Positions 54,201-64,000 of a DNA stretch of 64,000 bases are shown here, piece after piece. Numbering within the stretch: the stretch's first letter is position 1; every line of letters begins with the position of its first letter. Location: positions 248,001-312,000 of the forward strand of contig JAVKOQ020000029.1 in the NCBI GenBank assembly GCA_031835245.2. Reading direction: 5' to 3'. The notes beneath the pieces were generated by a model. The model was not told where the DNA came from, made no database searches, and saw only the letters and a list, made by a program, of their open reading frames with translations. The translations under genes and the position numbers were made by a program. The stretch comes from Balamuthia mandrillaris. Its lineage: Eukaryota.

Positions 54201-56772
54201 CCTCCTGAGAAAGCTTGTCCAACTCCTTGTCAATGGCTAGGGCCAGCTGCTGGATCTTGTCTTCTTGGCTGGGAAGCGCCTTCTGTATGTCTGTGTTGAT
54301 AGCCTTAATGTTGCGGCTCACTGTCTCCAACTTTTCTCGCTGACGAGGGTCATTGGGATTGGCAATGGCACCTGCAGCTACGCTGCGGAAGAGCGGCGTT
54401 ACGCGCTCCATCTCGAGAGCCAATCTGCCTAATTGATCCTTTCTTTGCAGATCCTCCTCCTCGTCTTGCAGTTTGCGTAGCAGTTCTACTTCCTTCTCCA
54501 AGCCCTTCTCCACATCTCGGGTGGCCTTCTTGGCGCCAGCCCTGTCTCCTTTATCCAAACCATCGGCCAGACGATCCAAGCCCTCGTTTACCGTCTCTGT
54601 CACGTCTCTAAGTTCTTCCTCGGTGGATGGATGAGAAGCATCCTCGATCTCTCTGAGTATGCTTCCAATCTCTGCCAACAGTTGGTCGAGCTTGGCTTGA
54701 GCGGCCTTATCACCAGCCAAGGCAGCCTGCAGAAGTTAAAGAGGTAATTTAGCTTACTGCCGAAACAAACCAATGCAAACGAGAAGAGAGGAAAGGAGGA
54801 GGAGGTTAGGTACAGAGAGAACACAAATAACTCACCTTTGTAAGAGGAACCAATTGGTTTTGTATTTCCTCCAAGCGAGCAATTGCGTTCTCCAGCTTTT
54901 GCTTTCGAACAGGATCCTTGCACTGATCGGCCAGAGCTCGTGCGGCCGCGATCTGCTCTGCAAGTCTCTCCCTGGCCGCCTTCAGATGGATGGCAGCGCC
55001 CTGCACATCCCTATCCTGAATTGCACGCTGCAGCAGCACCAACTCAGCCTCCAGCTCTTGTGTTCTCTTTCTAAGGAGCTCGTCAGGAGAAAGGGTAGCA
55101 ACGTCCACCAGACGAAAGACTGCTTCACGCATGTCTTGCACGTCCTTGCGAAGCTGTTCCAAAGTTTGAGCCTGACCAGGACTGGCCAAGGAGGCCTTTG
55201 CTGAGTTCATGAGCTCAGGGTTGAGTTTTTCGATAAAATCAACTTCCTCGTGGATGAGGGTAGTGGTGTGAAGGTCTTCTTCCGTATCAGCAATAGCGCG
55301 AGCTATGCCAGCCACACTTCCTACCTCCTCCGAGACAGTTCGCATAGTATTGGCTCCTCGCATCTTGTCTCCGTCCTCCGCATTTTCGCGCAGTTGCACG
55401 AGATGGGCATCCAGCTGTCTAGCCAACTCTATCAGCTTGTCCTTGGCCGATGAGGAGAGCACGCATGCTGCCAATAATGCTGCGCTTGCTTGCTTCGTTT
55501 CCTCGCAGAGGTTTTCCAAGCAAAACTTGGCGGAAGGATCGTTGTTACGCTGAAGTGAGGCTTTAGTGGCGGGAGTAAGATCGGCAGGCATTTTTTCTAC
55601 TTCGTAGCAGGCGTGCAGGATGTCAGCTTTGCTGTTGCTATCGGAGCAGTCCTCTCCTATAATGGTGGCAATATCTATCTCTCTCGTGATGGCTCCGTTG
55701 ATCATGTGTAGCGCGTTGGCTGACGCTGGGGCATCCTTTCTTCCCACCGCCTCCTGCAGAAGCGTTAATTGGTGTAAGATCTGTTCATGGCACTCACCTT
55801 TGTAAATAAGAAAAACATAAAACGAGTCAGTATAGAACAACTACCGTGCAAGGGACAAAGGCTCTCATAATCAATAGAAAAGAAGAAAGGAAAGGCGAAA
55901 CAGGAAACAGAGGAAACAACAGGAAACAACAATGATAACAACGGAAAGAGAGAGAACGAACGAAGATCTTGAATGGTGGGTCTCTGCGCAGGCTCAAAGC
56001 CCAAATCGACAGACTCAAACATGGTCTTGCAGGAGAGTTGTGCCACCTGAATAATCTCGTCAAGAGCCGCATCAAGCTCTTTGGCTAGGGTGCGGTGCTG
56101 GTTCTTGGCAGTAAGGGAGAGCGGGTCCCGAAGGACGTCTCCCATGGCCTTGACGAGGCTCTGCGTGTGTGCCTTAACTAGAGTGTTGGCCTCCTCCAAG
56201 CGGCGGCGCAGCACGGGGTCCACCAAGATCTGCACTCGAGCGTGAACTAGCTTGACCATGCTCACCACTGAGGAGGAGAGCGCCCTAGCCACGTCCATCA
56301 TCTGTTCTGAGGAGGCGGTGGAGGCCGGCGCGGTGGAGCGGGCCACCTCTTCCTTGCAGCGCTGCGCCGCTTTGACCAGTTTGATCACGTCATACTTGTC
56401 GGCCAGGTGAAGCTCCCTGACGGTGCCCTGCAAGACGGCCTTGGCCGAGCGTAGCAGCAGCCGTTTGGAATCTCTGTCAAAGGGGTCCACGCTGAGGTTG
56501 CGCGCCGCTTCCACAATGCCCTCCGTAGCAGAACGGATCTCGTGGGCAGAGTCGTGCATTTTGGATTGGAGCTTGGCCTCGTCGCCGTACTTGCTGGCCA
56601 TGTCCTCGGCGATATCCACCAGCACCAAGACGGCCTGTTTGACGGCCTCGGCGCCTGGCGCGATGTTGGGCAAGGTGCTGTTGTTCTCCTCAGCCTCCAC
56701 AGAGAACAGGACCAACTGCGTTACCGCGTCGGCCACCGCCTCCAGCACTTGCTCCATTCCCGTTTCAGCCAT
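51268..56772 (-). CDS. Vinculin/alpha-catenin family protein, about 1743 aa, three exons
   Basis: N-terminal EQVLEAVADAVTQLV...LPNI; repeated helical bundles; vinculin tail DEIMQAA...CKDPILRDQV...TTQLKIITAVKA. Exons 56772-55962, 55797-54836 and 54726-51268 join in frame. Confidence 0.85.
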
Positions 56773-57171
56773 CTGTTTCTTTGTTTTTTTTTGTGTGTGT
56801 TTATTCAAAAGTAAAAGCGAGTTAAACAGAGCGAGTAGCAACTATTCCTGAGAGAAGGCTGTACCACTGCTTCCTCTCCCGACAAGCCTTTTTTTTTCTC
56901 TCTTTCCTTGCCACACAGGAATACTAGAGAGCAGCAAAGCGCTGACCGAAAAGAAATCTATTTCAAAAAAAAAAAAAGTTAAATTGGAGTGTCCTGGGAG
57001 ATCAAATTGGCCAAACTTTGTGCAGAGATCTGAGGAGGGGGGTGATGTCCGTATTTCCTTTTATGAGGCGGAGTGACGTGTGCGGGGTGTCCCTTTGTCC
57101 ACCCGACAAGAAAAGTAAAGCTCGACAGAAGGTCGGGCAGGATAGAAGGGGGTCTGGTCAAGGCAACAAGG

Positions 57172-58372
57172 ATGGTGGATATCATCACACGGAAAAACAG
57201 AACCATGTAAGTAAAACCATCCAATCTTCTCTCTCCTTTGCTCTCTCTCCTCTTTCTCTGTATCTACCTACCCCTTCATCAGCTACGCGTTAGCCGCACT
57301 ATCCGTATTCTTTTGTGTGCTTTGGTTGCGGAGCTCACGTTCTTCAACTACTTACACTGTTATCCGCTATGAAACAGCCCCGACGCCACAACCTACTTCC
57401 CAATATCCCTACATGAATAGTAATAACAAGTTCAAGCGAAGGGACCAGGCTGACCCCTCCCCTCTTTCAATCGACCCAACAACTGCCCCCCTCAGCGACC
57501 AGTGCATAATCTTTTGGCACGTTACCAAAACCGGGGGAACAACTCTCCGGCATATCCTCCTTCGTGAAGCCACAGCCAGAGGACGCACCGTGGAACACAT
57601 GGACGAGTTTGTCACCCTTCCAGGGGACATAACTTTTGGCCACGTGGCTCCAGGCCGTATCATCCAACTACTAGAAAACGGCCGGGCAGAGGAGCGTCGG
57701 CTCAAGGGAGGAAAACAATGCTACTGGTTGACAAGCAACCGTGACCCTTTAGAGCGTTTTATCTCCCGGTTCTACTTTCGCAGGGAGTGGGGACCCTCTT
57801 TGGAGGACTTTGTGCGAAGCGGGGATCCAGCCCTCCGCACCTTTCCCATCTTTAACAACCGCAACCTGCTGGATCGCACGCTCAACCTCCTCGACGAGTT
57901 TGACCTCATCCTTTTGTCAGAACGCTTCGATGAGTCGTTGATACTTCTGGTTGAGGAGGACCACGTCCTTTCCCACAACGCCCTCAACTACACTAGCTAC
58001 GGCGTCATCCAAGGGCGCCCCAAACAGGACGACTTGCCACCCGACGTGCGTGCTCGGCTACGTGAGCTGCTGGCCCTGGACCTGCGTTACTTTGAGGCCA
58101 CGCAGCGGCATTTGGAGCGGCGGATAGAGCGGTTCGGGGTGGAGCGGATGCGGGAGAGGCTAGAGGACCTGCAACGGTGGAGAGGGGAACCGCCTTGCGC
58201 CAAGCCCAGGGAGGCACTGGTCAATGGCTCTGGCGCCTGCAAGAACTTTGGCTACATTGCCAAGCAGTTGCAGAAGCAAGCGAGGGTGGTCCAAGTCGTA
58301 GCTGTGCCCATCAAGCAGATGGTGTGGGTTAGTGTTGAAGCTCCCAAGAGGAAACAAAATGGGATAAAATGA
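57172..58372 (+). CDS. Golgi-type type II membrane sulfotransferase (Gal-3-O-ST-like)
   Basis: 5'-PSB motif FWHVTKTGGTT, 3'-PB motif RDPLERFISRFY, ERFDESLILL. A TM anchor appears after splicing intron 57207-57282. Confidence 0.85.
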
Positions 58373-58444
58373 AAGAAGAAAGGAAGCGGTGGTAACGTTT
58401 GTTTGTTTTCTGTTTTTTTCGTTGCCCTCTTGGAGAGAAGAGAA

Positions 58445-59877
58445 ATGCAAGAAGCGCAGCAAGTGGAGGCACAAACGGGTGGGGTGGAGAGGTCCATAGT
58501 TCGTTTGGTTTGTTCGTGTCTTCGTCATTTTTTCTTCTTGAAAGAAAAGAACAACAACCAGCAGAAGCACAGAGAGAAGAAAGCGGTTGGAGCGTAAAAG
58601 AAATAGGGGACGGCAACCTCAACTTTGTTTATGTTGTCACTCGTCGCTCCCAAGATGGCCAGCAACAACAACAGGAGCGCAGCCTCGTCGTCAAGCAAGC
58701 GGTCCCTTATGTGCGAATGGTCGGCGAGAGTTGGCCTCTCTCCCCCGAACGGGCGTTCTTCGAGCATGAAGCACTGCGAGAGCAGCATCGACACGCTCCC
58801 GAGCACGTCCCTCGAGTCTTTCATTTCTTCCCTGGCCCTCACCATGCCACCGTCATGGAGTACCTTCCAAACGCCTCCTACCGTTCATTGCGTAAATCTT
58901 TGATTCGGGCACGAAAGCATCCAGCATTGGCTCCACACATGGCTCGTTTTCTCGCTCGCTCTTTGTTCTTCACGAGCGCTTTGTGTGAAGCGAATCGACA
59001 GCAAAACGATCGGTTGAGAGACATCTTTAACGGTAATCAACTCTATCGACTGACCCAAGCGGTCATCTTTGAGGAACCCTTCACACGAAACCACAAGAAC
59101 AACCGATGGACGTCACATCCGCTGCTGGACGAGGAAGTGGCGAGCATCCAAGCCAACGCTGCCCTCCTTCGGCGCGTGGAAGAGGCCAAGACAACATTTC
59201 TGACCCACAAAGAAGCTTTGCTTCATGCCGATCTTCACACCGGATCCGTTCTAGTGGGAGAAGGTGGCGGAGAAACCAAAGTGCTTGACCCAGAGTTTGC
59301 TTTCTTCGGACCTATTGCTTTTGATGTTGGCCAGTTTGTTGGCAACTTGCTTCTCGCTGTATACAGTCAGCGTGGCCTCGTTGAGAAGGAAGAGGAAGAG
59401 GAGAAAAGAAAGGATATGGAAGAATGGATCCTGACCGCCATCGAAGAACTATGGGACCGGTTTCTTGCTCTCTTTCGTGACTTGGTGGAACAGCACTCTT
59501 CCTACGGCTTGCTCTCTTTACCTTTGCATGAAGAGAAAGCTGGCGTGAAAGAAGGAAAAGAAGAGGAAGAAAGGATTTGGGAAGCCTTCACGACGCAGTT
59601 GCTGAAGGATGTGTTGGCGTTTAGCGGGGTGGTCATGATCAGACGGATTGTTGGCATTGCGCATGCGGAGGACATGGAGGTCATTCAACGGGTGGAGAGA
59701 AAGGTTGCCTGCGAGAGAAGAGCGCTTCGTATGGCTCAGCAGTTGATCCTCGCATCTCCTCCTTTTGACGAGAAGGAGAAGATAGAGGAGCAACAAGGCA
59801 CAGGAGGAGGAGCGTCTATGCGTGATGTGCTGATGGATGTTAGACGTTCTCTTCTGTTGGAGGATGAAGCTGACTGA
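58445..59877 (+). CDS. mtnK: S-methyl-5-thioribose kinase; start tentative
   Basis: EIGDGNLNFVY, VKQAVPYVRMVGESWPL, LLHADLHTGS, DPEFAFFGP, RRIVGIAH. Confidence 0.95.
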
Positions 59878-59909
59878 AAAAAAAAGAAAAAGAAAAAGGC
59901 GGTGTTCTG

Positions 59910-60060
59910 ATGGATTAAAAGTCACACAAGTGAGTAAACTCACAAAATGAAAGTTCTTGCGAGGATGTGGTGATGGGGTGGACTAGTGGGCTTCAGAAGC
60001 GCCCATCCACTTTCCCACCAGCACGCCCCCATTGGCTCCATCGGGCAACGCTGCGCAACA
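59910..60060 (-). ncRNA. Putative omegaRNA scaffold overlapping the Fanzor 3' end; boundaries approximate
   Basis: Nested stems 60010-60001 with 59991-59978; hairpin GTGAGT-tt-ACTCAC at 59943-59930; GATGGA (60042-60037) complementary to terminal TCCATC (59914-59909). Confidence 0.6.
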
Positions 60061-60425
60061 GAGGCTCCGGAGGAGTATGTTGCGCGCTCCATTTATGTCG
60101 CGATCCAGTCGTATCCCACAGTCCCTGTGTTTGCACTCGAAGATCCGCTCTCGTCGATTGTGTTGTTTCTGTTCGTGGGTCACACGGAGGCACCAGGTGC
60201 AAGTCTTACTGGTCCAAGCCTCCGATCGAACGTAGACCCTGGGCCCCATTCCCTCGCCTTGTGCATCAGCCACTGGCGGAATCGGTAATGGCCCCAGGAG
60301 TAGAGCATCCTGGCCGTCTTTTTGCCGATCTTCCTCCGCCGTCTCCCCCGGATGGCAGTCATGCCCTTTACACCAAAGGTGGGGATGATGACATGATCGT
60401 AGCGGCGGCACAGGAAGAGGGCCGT
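59983..60425 (-). pseudogene. Fanzor/TnpB RuvC-II, zinc finger and RuvC-III fragment with a 1-nt frameshift near 60241-60247
   Basis: FLCRRYDHVIIPTF...KTARMLYSWGHYRFRQWLMHKAREWG, then after the shift VYVRSEAWTSKTCTWC...FECKHRDCGIRLDRDINGARNI. Confidence 0.92.
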
Positions 60426-60587
60426 AAAGGCGGTGTTCTGCAAAAGAAACGCTAGGTGTTTTGCATGCCAAAGAAGAGAAACAAGGAAAGAGCAGAGGGA
60501 GAGAACGAAATGAAAGGCGTTCCTTTTAACAGTTTTTGTTGGTTTTATAAGGGTTTGTGTTGTTGACTATAAGAAAGAGAGAGAGTT

Positions 60588-63500
60588 TCACGATGTAGAG
60601 GAAGAAGCAGAAGCAGATAAAGAGGAAGGCCCAACTGTAACTTTCCGTCTCTTCCGATCAAAGCTTTTGTGAATGACCTTTGAGTGTTTAAGATAAGGAT
60701 CCTTCAGAAATAGAAACTCGAGGTCTTTGAGGTTAATCGTCCGACCGGTTTGTTGTTGCTGCGGACCAAGCGCTCGTCCTCTTGCTCCTCCCACCGTTGT
60801 GCCCGCAGCAGCAGAAGCAGGAAGATGTGATAACACAACGCCACTGCCACCAGCGGCAGCTGCTTTAGCGCTGGCTTTTTGTCGTTGCACCTGTTCTGTC
60901 ATTCTTCGGAACATCAGCGCAAGTCTCTCAAACTCTTGAGCCATCTCAGGGGTGAGAGTGCCGGCTTGCTTGGCTTGCTGTAGTTGTTGAAGTTTTCGCA
61001 AGTGTTCTTTCGTGAATGTGATTTGCGGTTGTTGTGATTGTTGTTGTTGTGATGATGGTGATGACGGGGGTGGGGGTTGGTTTTGTTGTTGTGGCTGAGA
61101 AGAAGGAAGATGACTTGTTGTGGCAGGGGTGGTTGTAGAAGCGGTGGGTCTTGTGCGAGGGCGGCCAATGTCGCCGATAGCTTGAAGGGCGGTTATGTTG
61201 GCGTGTCTGGTCCGAATCCTTTCTTCTTCTTCGTGGCGTCTTGCTTGTGTTTCCCGATCTCCTCCTTTCTTGCTGCTATCATCCTGTTTATTTATAGTCA
61301 GTTTCTCTCCATCTAATTTGAAAGTGAGAATAGCTAAAGTAACCTTTAATCCTTTTAGTTTTTCTTTTTCTTCAGCGTCTCTTTGCTCTTGTTCTTCCCG
61401 TTCTCTCTTTTCTATGAGTTGCAATTGTCGCCGTGGATCTGATGTGATGGTTATCTTAAAGTCATCCTTCAACGTATCCTGCCGCTGCTGAGAAATGATG
61501 GCGAGCTGTTCGATGATATTCCGTAAACGTTCCTCCACAGCACAGGTTAAATGATCGTACACTTCTTTATGAATTTGTTTCATTTGATGTATGCTTGCTG
61601 TTATTGATAAAGAGATAAATAAAATGGTGAGAAAACGCACTCACTGATGAAATGCAAAACAGAAAAAAGAAAAATAAGGATCGATCGTAGTCAGACTGAC
61701 GTGCAATTTCTCATCATAAAGATGCAGAGAAGCGATACTTTGTGTGTCATCATAAAGGATGCAAGAAGGAGAACATGAAAAAGAGGGAAGATACCAATTT
61801 CTACAACTTTTCTCCGTAAAGCCTCTCGTTGCAAAAAGGGACCTCGCGGGTCTTCTTCTGGCCACACAAGATCCATTCCCGAGTCCTTCCCCTCCCCACG
61901 CATAAATCGAAGGGACTCTTCCTTGAGATTGACACCAGCAAACTGCGTTACATCGTTCAGCTGTTTTAACGAAGTGGGTTGATCGGCATCTGCTTTTTTG
62001 CTCTCAGCTCCAGTCTTTTTGGCTTTGGCAGCGCTTTGTGTTGGTGCTCCTCCGCTAAGAATAAAAGAAAAAGCGAGTTAACAAAAAAGCTTTTGTAAAG
62101 CTGGCAGGTGGTCACTACCTTGAACTCAAATTATTCGCAGGAGGAGGTGGAGGCGGTTGTGTGAGTTGTTGTGAAGGTGTAGAAGCGGTTGAGCCAGTCG
62201 TGGGTGTTGTGCGTGGTTTTTTACTAATGGTGAATAAAAAGTAAATAACATAAACAAACCATAACAGCATTAGACGTTTGTGGGAGTTCAAAGGCTGGAT
62301 AACAAAGATAAAAGAACGGAGGGAGGGAGTCATACGCTGGAGGCTGTTTGATATCGGTGATAATAGGAGGATTAGAGACGTTGGGTGTTGGAGTGTTGAC
62401 AGTAGAGGAGGCGGTAGAAGGAGGTGGATGGATGGTTCCTCGTTTGACCATCCGAACGATGGGCTGCTGTTTATTTTGTTCATCGACGACGTTCGCAAAG
62501 GCTTGTGTGGGCGGCCGGCCCTGTTGATGTGATGGTTGCTGTGGTGGTTGTTGTTGCGGAATGGTAGTGCCTTGGGTAAGTTTGTAGGACGTTTGTGGAG
62601 GTGGTTGTTGCGGATGATGTTGTGGGTGCTGGGCGATAACGAGGAGAAATGGGCGAAAGAACGAAAGAAAAATGAGACAGAAACTGGCAACAATACAAGA
62701 AGAGAATTACGTACGGTGGCAGAGGAAGGGGTAGTAGTGTGTGGAGGGGCCTGAGTGGAGACAACACGGCTCTGTTGCGGGGCTCTTGGCTTGGAAAACT
62801 TTTTAATGAGCTCCATAGCAGTGGCAGGTCCAAGTGAGGCGCTCAGCTTATGCGTGAACTGCTCTTTGGTTATCTTTCCTGCCTATTAAACATTCATCGG
62901 AGTCAGAATAACAAAACGTCATCATTTCTGAAGACGGAAGCGAACGAGACAAGAAGGAACACTTTACCTGCAACTCACTCAAAAGATGTCTAAGCACGTC
63001 TTGGTAGTGTTGAGTCACTGATTGTGTCGTATGAGCAGTCAGAGGAGGAGGGGCTCCTCCTGGAGGAACGCCAGTGGCAACAGAAGGAGCAGGAGAAGAA
63101 GAGGGTGGCAGAGCAGTAACATGCGGCCGATGAGCGAGTGCAGCGCTTCTAGCAGCCGCTGCAGCTGCTGCACTGGCCGCGTTGGTGGTAGTAGCTGTCG
63201 AGTAAGAGGAGACACCGGAAGGAGCAGTTGATGTTGCAGAGGAGGTTACGGGCATGCCTGTAGAATGGAAGTTTGTGGTGGTGGCTGGTCGCTGATGAGA
63301 GAGTTGAGCAGCAGTTGTGTGTTGTGGATTAAGATTCGTAGCAGCGGGTGACATTGTTGTGGCTCTGTGTGCAGTAGCAGTGTAAGAAGGGGGAAGACCG
63401 ACGCGTTGTTGTGTAGCAGTGGCCAGGGGTTGTTGTTGTGGCGGCCGTGCTTGTTGTGTTGTTTGCTGTGGCGTCAGAGAGGTTGGTGGTTGTCTTGGTG

Positions 63501-63648
63501 GTGCCACGTTTCGGCTTTGCACGGTCTCCTTCTGCAGCGACTCCGCCAAGAGGTTGATCTGCTGTGCGTCTCCATCCATCTCATCGACCGAGAAGAGACT
63601 GTCTCCAAGCGGATCAGGTGCTCCTCCACCGGGAGCAGTGCTACTCAT
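60588..63648 (-). CDS. TAF4: TFIID subunit TAF4-like, multi-exon
   Basis: LNDVTQFAGVNLKEE, histone-fold segment HLTCAVEERLRNIIEQL, RHANITALQAIG, TINLKDLEF. Confidence 0.9.
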
Positions 63649-64000
63649 TTTCTTGCTACTCCTTTTTTTTGTGGCTTGTTTTTGTTTTTTGTTTTCCTTC
63701 TTTCCTCCCCAAAAGCAAGCAAAAATAATTACCCCTTTTTTTTCCCCCCTTTTTTTTTTGCCTCCTATTTTTATATCCTACGAGTGCTCTCTGGAGTTTG
63801 AAATTATGGGATAAGACGGGCCAAGAAGAAAGTGAACCCCCACAAGAATACGTCTGAGATTAAGAGGTGATGTTAAAAATCAAAACCTTGTTATGACTGC
63901 AAACAACTTAAATAATGTGGTGGGATGAGGTGGGGTGGGATGAAGGATGGGGGGGTGGGGTGTTTGTCATGCGAGAGGTGAAGTGAAGAGAAGCCCTGGC

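Larger units (their letters stand above)
59910..60425 (-). mobile_element. 5'-truncated Fanzor/TnpB (IS607/Fanzor2-like) insert between 15-bp direct repeats
   Basis: aaaggcggtgttctg at 59895-59909 and 60426-60440 bracket a GC-richer segment encoding a TnpB-type C-terminus. Confidence 0.88.

Noticed and set aside
51151..54240. Long plus-strand ORFs opposite the vinculin-like gene
   Set aside because: They are antisense shadows of a GC3-biased coding strand with no recognisable motifs.
58369..58372. Operon-like ATGA overlap between the sulfotransferase and MTR kinase
   Set aside because: ATG 58445 with an intron at about 58492-58544 gives a simpler in-frame model; nothing supports translational coupling.
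60436..60450. Splice acceptor making the Fanzor fragment a domesticated TAF4 exon
   Set aside because: The TTTTGCAG lies in pre-existing flank and duplication sequence, TAF4 has its own stop at 60588, and the fragment is frameshifted.

Overview
Gene-dense eukaryotic DNA with about 27 protein-coding genes, short GT-AG introns often filled with CT or T microsatellites, and very short intergenic spacers. Gene content and style suggest a free-living amoebozoan such as Balamuthia or Acanthamoeba (inference). Most genes are housekeeping: Furry-like, SLC25 carrier, tRNA-IPT, RWDD1, START, MsrB, UBA-Arb2, PTH2, RPS14, DYNLT, ARL2, NSF, CNOT2, eRF1, vinculin-like, MTR kinase and TAF4. Three features stand out. 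(1) A 5'-truncated Fanzor/TnpB RNA-guided nuclease insert (59910-60425, minus strand) keeps a structured omegaRNA-like 3' end and sits between exact 15-bp direct repeats, so its predicted guide matches its own upstream flank. (2) The eRF1 gene ends in the leaky context TGA-CTA followed by 159 open in-frame codons, a candidate autoregulatory readthrough circuit. (3) An ABCG half-transporter carries an N-terminal PAS/PAC sensor domain. Exon boundaries and family calls were read by eye, and no database searches were run.
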